Below the pieces are notes generated by a model. That model worked only from the letters and a program-made list of their open reading frames with translations, ran no database searches and was not told the DNA's origin. A stretch of DNA of 64,000 nt from Sphingomonas bacterium (GTDB lineage: Bacteria; Pseudomonadota; Alphaproteobacteria; Sphingomonadales; Sphingomonadaceae): positions 5,247-69,246 of the forward strand of contig JASBRX010000032.1 of NCBI GenBank assembly GCA_030149245.1. Reading direction: 5' to 3'. Numbering within the stretch: the first letter of the stretch is position 1; each line of letters begins with the position of its first letter. Position numbers and translations under genes: made by a program. Of this stretch, positions 57,923 to 64,000 are shown in pieces.

Positions 57923-58825
57923 TCAACGCATGTAATTGAGCAGGCTGAGTTCATTGAGCTGGGTGAAGACCGAGTAGCTGGCCTCCAAGGTGGTCTTGTG
58001 CATCGCCAAATCCATCGCCACCTGGGCAAGATCGGCGTCTTCGTTACGGCTGATCACGTCTTTGAGGACGAGCGCACGCTCATTGGCGCGCGTGACCAAT
58101 GTATCTGTTTGCGCGAGCCGCCGACCATTTTCGGCGTTCAGGCGACGAATGCCGCTCACCGCGTCGTCTAGCTGAATTTTGATATCGGTCAGCGCCGTCT
58201 TCTGCGCATCGGTCAGCATCTCGCCGAACGGGCCGGCTTCGACCAGACTGCGATAGACCTTGGTCATTTCGAGACCGAGTTCGGAGGCGGTGATGCCATA
58301 GTTGAGGTCGAGCCCGTCGCCCACGCGCGCGCGCGCGATCGCCTCGCCATCGTTGAACTGCGCCGATGCCGCGACGCCGACCAGATCCTCGATCTTCGTC
58401 GGCGTGTAGGGCTCGGTGGAAATCCCACCGCCGAACAGGGGCAGCCCGCCCTCGCTGGTGTTGAGCATCGAGCGGAACTGGTCGAACGCAGCGGAAATGG
58501 CTTCGCCAAGTCCAGCCGCCTCGCCGGTTCCGACCGCCAGCGATAGGCGGTTGCCGAGGTCCATCGAACCGTTCTCGATCGCGGTGATCGAGGTTTCGTA
58601 CAAGCTGAGCGTCGTGCCGAGCCGCGTCGCGGTCTGGGCGTGTGCCTCCTGCTTGGCGAGCAAGGTATGGGCCGACAGCGTGCGCACCGCTTCGCTGCCC
58701 AGCGCGGCGAGATCCGGTGCCTTTTTGCCGGTCGAGAGCTGAGCCTGGGTGACCGACAGCTTTTCCTGCGCGCGCTGGATCGAGATCGCAGTGGTCTGTT
58801 GCAGGGGGATGGTGGCGACGCGCAT
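57923..58825 (-). CDS. flgL: Flagellar hook-associated protein 3
   Basis: MRVAT...QLSTGKK, LFGG, EDADLAQV, LSLLNYMR; follows flgK. Confidence 0.88.
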   Translation of the reverse strand: MRVATIPLQQTTAISIQRAQEKLSVTQAQLSTGKKAPDLAALGSEAVRTLSAHTLLAKQEAHAQTATRLGTTLSLYETSITAIENGSMDLGNRLSLAVGTGEAAGLGEAISAAFDQFRSMLNTSEGGLPLFGGGISTEPYTPTKIEDLVGVAASAQFNDGEAIARARVGDGLDLNYGITASELGLEMTKVYRSLVEAGPFGEMLTDAQKTALTDIKIQLDDAVSGIRRLNAENGRRLAQTDTLVTRANERALVLKDVISRNEDADLAQVAMDLAMHKTTLEASYSVFTQLNELSLLNYMR

Positions 58826-58836
58826 CTATTCGATCC

Positions 58837-60942
58837 TCAACCCACGGTCCCGAGCAGGTCCTGGTACATTTCATCGGCCACGCGAATGACGCGGGCGGCG
58901 GCGGAGTAGCTGTTCTGCAGGACGATCATCATCGACAGTTCCTCGTCGATATTGACGCCGGAATAGGAATCGCGCCGGGTGATCGCGTCCTGGCTGCGCG
59001 CGGTGGCGTCTTCGTAGCGGGTCTGGGCGTTGGCCGCGCTGGTGCCGGTCTCGCCGAGGATCAGCGAGGCGTAACGCTCCAGCGAGATATTCCCTTCCTT
59101 GCCAAGGTCGTTCACCTGGCCGAAGCTGTCGGTATAGAATTGCGCGGCACGGGTGTCGGAGGCGAGCACGCCACGTTCGCCGACGGCAGCACCCGTGTTG
59201 AAAATGGCGAGCGGCAGCTTGCCAGGGCTATTGCGCAGGTCCGGCGCGACACCCCCCGCCGCCAGCCCGCTGACGCTGCCGGTCAGGCCGGAAAGCGCGG
59301 AGAAGGAGATGCCGGTGTCGTAGCGGCCCGTCGAATCCGACGGAATCGAGATCGAGGTACCGGTCACGCCGGCGGCTTGATCGAAGCGGAAGCGACCGCT
59401 CGTGTCGATCGAGAAGGTGCCAAAGCCGCCGAGGTCGCTGGCGTTGAGCTGCGTGACGAGGTCGCCCATCGTCCCGCCCGCTGACGCCGTCATCGTCGTG
59501 CGGGCAATCACCCGGCCCGAAGAATCGCGCAGCATGATGTCGCTGGTGCTGCCTGCGGCAAAGCCGTGCGGATCGCCAGCCGCGAAGCCCGGAGGCACCA
59601 TCAGTGCGCCTTCGGTCCGCACCACGTCGTTGAGGCCGAAATACTGGCTGAACCCGACTCCGCCGCGATTGGACGGGGCCACGGGGTCATCGCCAACCGC
59701 GACGCCGCGACCGACGCCCACCGCATCGATCGTCAAGCGCCCATCGGCGAAGCTGGCGGTGCCCGCGCCACCCAGGCCGGCGTTGATCGCAGCGACCGCG
59801 TCCGCAACGGTCGCGCCTGATCCCAGTGCGTCGAAGTCGACGCGGGTCCGCGCGACGATCGACCCGTCCGATCCCATCACCGCGAACACGGCGGCCCCGG
59901 TAAAGCCCAGCCGGTCGCTGGTCGCCAGCGCCGTGGTCGATCCGTTGAGCCGGTTCGGCGGCGGCATCGCGCTGGCGGCATTGGATGCGCCGTTGATCGC
60001 GCGGGCGAGACCCGTGAACAACGTGCCGAGCTGATCGCGGAACCCCGGCAACGTCCGGTCGCGCAGCTCGAGCAGCCCGCCAAGCTTGCCCCCGACCGCC
60101 GAGGATTCGATGCGGTCGCCGGTCGCTGCACCCAGTGCGCCCGAGTCCGTCGCGAACCGGATATCGATGCCGGGATATTCGGCCAGCGCCGCACCCGACC
60201 CCGATTTCGACGTCGGATAAGACAGCAGCCGCATCCGCGTATCGAGCAGCGGCGCGCCGCCGGCGGTTTCGATGAGCAGGCGCCCATTGGGCTGTTCGCG
60301 CACGTTCACCGCGATCAGGCTGCTGAGCTCCTGCACGGCATTGTTGCGCTGATCGGCGGTGCCCGCCGCGCTGCGCCCCAATCCGTCGAGCCGCGAGACC
60401 GCGTCGTTGAGCGAGTGGATCTGCTTGAGCAGCGCATTGATGCGCTCGACCGTCAGGCCGGTTTCGGCGTCGACGTCGCCGGTCAGCATCGAGATATCGG
60501 TGTCGAGCCGCTGCAGCGTGCCGATCGCGTCGGTGGTGCGGGCGATGAAGTCCGCCGCATTCTGTTCGGCACCGAGCGCGCCGGTCATGGCGATCGCCGC
60601 GCTGTTGATCGCGTTGAGCCGAGCGGGGATGCCCGATTCCGATCCCGGCGCACCGAGCAGCGTCTGCATGCGGTCGAGATAGCTGGCCGTCACCTCCGAA
60701 TTGCCAAGGTCGTTGGCGCGGCGATAGACGGCAGCTTCGAGGAACTTGTCGGCGATCCGGGTCGGCTCGCCGACCACGACGCCGGTGACCCGGCCGCCAT
60801 GGACGGCGGCAGACTGGTTGGCGCGCTCGCGGGCATAGCCGGGGGTGCCGACATTGGCGATGTTGGTCGACACCGTCTTGAGCCCGGCCTGCGCCGCGCT
60901 CATGCCGGATACGGCAGCCCCCAAAATCTCCCCGATCGACAC
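58837..60942 (-). CDS. flgK: Flagellar hook-associated protein 1
   Basis: STNIANVGTPGYAR, GGKLGGLLELRD, SGVNIDEEL, YSAAARVI. Confidence 0.93.
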   Translation of the reverse strand: MSIGEILGAAVSGMSAAQAGLKTVSTNIANVGTPGYARERANQSAAVHGGRVTGVVVGEPTRIADKFLEAAVYRRANDLGNSEVTASYLDRMQTLLGAPGSESGIPARLNAINSAAIAMTGALGAEQNAADFIARTTDAIGTLQRLDTDISMLTGDVDAETGLTVERINALLKQIHSLNDAVSRLDGLGRSAAGTADQRNNAVQELSSLIAVNVREQPNGRLLIETAGGAPLLDTRMRLLSYPTSKSGSGAALAEYPGIDIRFATDSGALGAATGDRIESSAVGGKLGGLLELRDRTLPGFRDQLGTLFTGLARAINGASNAASAMPPPNRLNGSTTALATSDRLGFTGAAVFAVMGSDGSIVARTRVDFDALGSGATVADAVAAINAGLGGAGTASFADGRLTIDAVGVGRGVAVGDDPVAPSNRGGVGFSQYFGLNDVVRTEGALMVPPGFAAGDPHGFAAGSTSDIMLRDSSGRVIARTTMTASAGGTMGDLVTQLNASDLGGFGTFSIDTSGRFRFDQAAGVTGTSISIPSDSTGRYDTGISFSALSGLTGSVSGLAAGGVAPDLRNSPGKLPLAIFNTGAAVGERGVLASDTRAAQFYTDSFGQVNDLGKEGNISLERYASLILGETGTSAANAQTRYEDATARSQDAITRRDSYSGVNIDEELSMMIVLQNSYSAAARVIRVADEMYQDLLGTVG

Positions 60943-60967
60943 GCCTAGTCCCCCGCCGTCTCAGCGA

Positions 60968-62272
60968 TCAGCGCTTGAGGTTGCTGACTTCGGCCAACAT
61001 GTCGTCGACCGTGGTGATGATCTTCGACGCCGCGCTGTAGGCGCGCTGGAAGCGGATCATGTTGCTGAACTCCTGCGCAAGATCGACGGTGGAGGCCTCC
61101 AGCGTGCTGGAGCGGATCTTGCCCGCGCCGAGCGCACCCGCGATGTCGATCGAGGCATTGCCCGACCGGTCGGAGAGCAGATAGGCGTTGCCCGAAATGC
61201 GGGTCAGGCCATCCGGGTTCGGGAAGGTCGCGACCGGGAGCTGGAAGACCGGGCGGGTCACGCCATTGTCGAACACCGCGCTGAGCACGCCGGCTTCCGA
61301 CACCTGGATCGAGGCGATGTTGCCGAGCACGCCGCCATCGGTGGTCGCCGCGATCATCGCCGATTCCGAACCGAACTGGCTGAGGCCGCTGATCGTGCCA
61401 TTCTCGCCAAGGCCGAGGCGCAGCGGAACCGACCCCGCGCCATTGGACCAGGTGATCGCAACCGGATCGAAGAAGCCCGAGGTGTAGACCGAATCGTCGC
61501 GGATCAGGCTGCCATCGGGGTTGAAGCGCAGTTCGCCGCTGGCGAGCACGCCATTGGCGGCGGTGACGTCGGTCGCCGGCTCGGCGTACAGCTCACCCTG
61601 CCACGTGTTCGCGCCGGTGCGGACATATGCCATGGTCACGCGGTGCGACGTGCCCTGGGCGTCATAGATGTCGAACGAGCGGCTGAAGCTCGGCTCGACC
61701 GTGCCGTTGGCGATATCGCCCGACGCATAGGCACCGGTGTGCAGCGGCGCGGTCGACTGAAGGTTGGCGCGAATGTCGATTTTGGTCGACGGCGCGGCGG
61801 CACCGGTCAGGTCGCTCACGCGCACCGGGGTCAGTGCCGCGACGTTGCCCGTGTTGGTGAACTCGCCAAAGCTGTCGAGACGCCAACCCTGCAGATACAT
61901 GCCGGCGGCATTGCGCAGAAAGCCGAACTCGTCCGGGCGGAACGAACCGGCGCGGGTGAAGGCGACGTCATTGCCGTCCAGCGTTTCGCGCACGACGAAG
62001 AAGCCGCCGCCCTCGATGCCCAGATCGGTGGTGTTGCTCGACGCCTGCAGCAGGCCCTGTTTCGAGATCAGCGCCTGCGGCGCCGCCATCACGCCGCCGG
62101 CGGTATAGGCCGACCGGGCGCGCCCGTCGCTGACCAGCGTGCGGAACTGAATGTCGTTCCCCTTGTAGCCGATCGTGTTGATGTTGCTGATGTTGTCGGC
62201 AACGACGGCCATCGCAGTCGCTTCGGCGCCGAGACCGGCGACACCGGCATAAAGTGCGGAATAAAGGCTCAA
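60968..62272 (-). CDS. flgE: Flagellar hook protein
   Basis: TTG start; ADNISNINTIGYK, FTRAGSF, IYDAQG, EASTVDLAQEF, QRAYSAASKII. Confidence 0.94.
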   Translation of the reverse strand: MSLYSALYAGVAGLGAEATAMAVVADNISNINTIGYKGNDIQFRTLVSDGRARSAYTAGGVMAAPQALISKQGLLQASSNTTDLGIEGGGFFVVRETLDGNDVAFTRAGSFRPDEFGFLRNAAGMYLQGWRLDSFGEFTNTGNVAALTPVRVSDLTGAAAPSTKIDIRANLQSTAPLHTGAYASGDIANGTVEPSFSRSFDIYDAQGTSHRVTMAYVRTGANTWQGELYAEPATDVTAANGVLASGELRFNPDGSLIRDDSVYTSGFFDPVAITWSNGAGSVPLRLGLGENGTISGLSQFGSESAMIAATTDGGVLGNIASIQVSEAGVLSAVFDNGVTRPVFQLPVATFPNPDGLTRISGNAYLLSDRSGNASIDIAGALGAGKIRSSTLEASTVDLAQEFSNMIRFQRAYSAASKIITTVDDMLAEVSNLKR

Positions 62273-62312
62273 GGACTGTCTCCGGTTCGTGCCCCTGTGG
62301 GCTGACATGGCC

Positions 62313-62418
62313 ATGATAGGAGAGCGGCGACCCTATCGGTCCGCAGGGGCGCGCAATTTTTGCTGGGCGGCAATTTTTTCCGGGTGCGGGACCGCGCCCT
62401 CCCCCGCCCTTCTATGAA
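62313..62418. promoter_or_regulatory. Divergent flgE/flbT control region: two GGACCG-N17-CTAT motifs around two ftr-like boxes
   Basis: Minus: GGACCG(62342-62337)-N17-CTATCAT. Plus: GGACCG(62389)-N17-CTATGAA. Boxes GCAATTTTTGC (62353) and CGGCAATTTTTTCCG (62368). Confidence 0.65.
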
Positions 62419-62447
62419 GCAGCAACGCATTAGATGAGGACGTGACG

Positions 62448-62843
62448 ATGCTGCGAATTTCCCTGCGCGATGGCGAGGCGCTGGTGGTCAACGGGGCGAT
62501 GCTGCGCGCCAAGGGCCGCACCGAACTGGTGATCGAGAACAAGGTCGCGCTGCTGCGCGGACGTGAGATCATGGCGCCGGAAGAGGCGACGACCACCGCG
62601 CGGCGCCTCTATCATGCGACGATGATGGCGTATCTCGGCGACGATCCCGAAGCGCACAAGAACCAAGTCATCGACGAGCTGACGCTGCTGATCCCGGCGA
62701 TGGCGACCGACGCGGGCCGCGCCGCATGCGTGCGCTTTGCCCGGCAGGTTGCCGAGGGCAGCTTTTACCGCGGTCTCATCACCTGCCGTGCCCTGATCGA
62801 GCTTGAAGACGCGGCCACCGCCCCGGCGAACGAAGCGGCCTGA
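62448..62843 (+). CDS. flbT: Flagellar post-transcriptional regulator FlbT
   Basis: LRISLRDGEALVVNGAML, LLRGREIM, ATTTARRLY, FYRGL...LIELE. Confidence 0.88.
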   Translation: MLRISLRDGEALVVNGAMLRAKGRTELVIENKVALLRGREIMAPEEATTTARRLYHATMMAYLGDDPEAHKNQVIDELTLLIPAMATDAGRAACVRFARQVAEGSFYRGLITCRALIELEDAATAPANEAA

Positions 62844-62853
62844 GCGCAGACCG

Positions 62854-64000
62854 GTGCACAGCCTGTCCTCCACCGCCCGAACGATTGCCACGCTGCCGCT
62901 GGAAACGCGCTATGGCCGCGTGACGGCGGTGCGCGGCGCGCTGATCGAGGTCGAGGGCCTGGCCGGCGCGGCACAGATCGGCGCGCGGATCGACATCGAC
63001 ACGCCCGACGGGATGATCCCATCGGAAGTGACGGGCATCGAAGCCGGGCTGGCGCAGTGCATGCCGTTCCGCGAGCCACAAGGCTTGAAGTCGGGCACGA
63101 TCGCGTGGCTGCACCCCGGCGCGCTGTCACTGCGCCCGTGCGATGGCTGGCTCGGCCGCATGGTCGATGGCCTTGGCCGTCCGGTCGATGGCAAGGGCGA
63201 ATTGCCGCTGGGCGCCACCCGCCAGCCGATCAAGGCACCCCCGCCCCCGGCCGCGTCGCGCGCGCGGGTTGGCGACCGGATCGAAACCGGCGTGCGCGCG
63301 CTCGACCTGTTCGTGCCGCTGTGCACCGGCCAGCGGCTCGGCCTGTTTGCCGGGTCGGGCGTCGGCAAGTCGGTGCTGTTATCGATGCTGGCGCGTTGGA
63401 CCGAGTGCGATGTCGCGATCATCGGGCTGATCGGCGAACGCGGCCGCGAGGTGCAGGAGTTCGTCGAGGATGATCTGGGGCCGGAGGGCTTGGCGCGCAG
63501 CATCGTCGTCGTGGCGACGTCGGACGAACCCGCGCTGATGCGGCGTCAGGCGGCCTGGACCACGCTCGCGCTGGCGGAGCATTTCCGCGACCGGGGCCTA
63601 CGCGTGCTGTGCCTGATGGACTCGGTCACACGTTTTGCGATGGCGCAGCGCGAAATCGGTCTTGCCAATGGCGAGCCGCCCGCGACACGCGGCTATACCC
63701 CGACCGTCTTTGCCGAGCTGCCGCGGCTACTCGAACGTGCCGGTCCCGGTCTGCCCGGTCAGGGATCGATCACCGGGCTGTTCACCGTGCTGGTCGATGG
63801 CGACGATCATAATGAGCCGGTCGCCGACGCGGTGCGCGGCATTCTGGACGGTCACGTCGTCATCACCCGACGCATTGCCGAGCGCGGACGCTATCCCGCG
63901 ATCGACCTGCTCAAATCGGTGTCGCGCACCCTGCCCCGCTGCTTGAACGAGGATCAGAACGCGACCCGTCTCGCCGCGCGGCGCGTGCTCGGCACCTATG
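62854..64000 (+). CDS. fliI: Flagellar export ATPase (partial, runs off the window)
   Basis: Hand translation: GQRLGLFAGSGVGKS, LIGERGREV, MDSVTRFAMAQREIGL, VRGILDGH. Confidence 0.93.
   Translation, partial: MHSLSSTARTIATLPLETRYGRVTAVRGALIEVEGLAGAAQIGARIDIDTPDGMIPSEVTGIEAGLAQCMPFREPQGLKSGTIAWLHPGALSLRPCDGWLGRMVDGLGRPVDGKGELPLGATRQPIKAPPPPAASRARVGDRIETGVRALDLFVPLCTGQRLGLFAGSGVGKSVLLSMLARWTECDVAIIGLIGERGREVQEFVEDDLGPEGLARSIVVVATSDEPALMRRQAAWTTLALAEHFRDRGLRVLCLMDSVTRFAMAQREIGLANGEPPATRGYTPTVFAELPRLLERAGPGLPGQGSITGLFTVLVDGDDHNEPVADAVRGILDGHVVITRRIAERGRYPAIDLLKSVSRTLPRCLNEDQNATRLAARRVLGTY

Noticed and set aside
57883-57926. MCP upstream CTATAAT as a further GGACCG-motif or sigma28 promoter
   Set aside because: The -10 is present, but no GGACCG lies at the right spacing and there is no convincing TAAA/GCCGATAA pair

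Overview
GC-rich alphaproteobacterial chromosome segment. Gene content and repeat families look Sphingomonas-like (inference). In order it contains: the start of the nuo (complex I) operon nuoABCDE, interrupted by small extra genes; a TPR/2OG-Fe(II) oxygenase; suhB and efp; a TetR-controlled tripartite ABC exporter; an L,D-transpeptidase/M23 pair; thiE; the tkt-gap-MOSC-pgk-fba cluster; the zapA-6S RNA-ygfA locus with a ParDE-type TA pair inserted; an M1 aminopeptidase; a GAF-EAL protein; cvpA-nifU-kefC; radA with a LexA box; a GST, a GT4, PadR/DUF2218 and rarA; a small uronate-polysaccharide cluster (lyase, unknown 627-aa secreted protein, GH105, DUF4861, FadR); and about 17 kb of Caulobacter-like flagellar genes. 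At least ten intergenic palindromic repeats of three families are present. No tRNA, rRNA, CRISPR or transposase was seen. Best leads: (1) a recurrent GGACCG-N17-CTAT promoter motif with ftr-like boxes in the flagellar cluster, where no sigma54 or CtrA sites were seen; (2) a twin-hairpin RNA element with covarying stems behind flgH; (3) an uncharacterised candidate CAZyme between the lyase and GH105; (4) a repeat element with an apparent 6-bp target duplication. All calls come from reading the sequence by eye; no searches were run.
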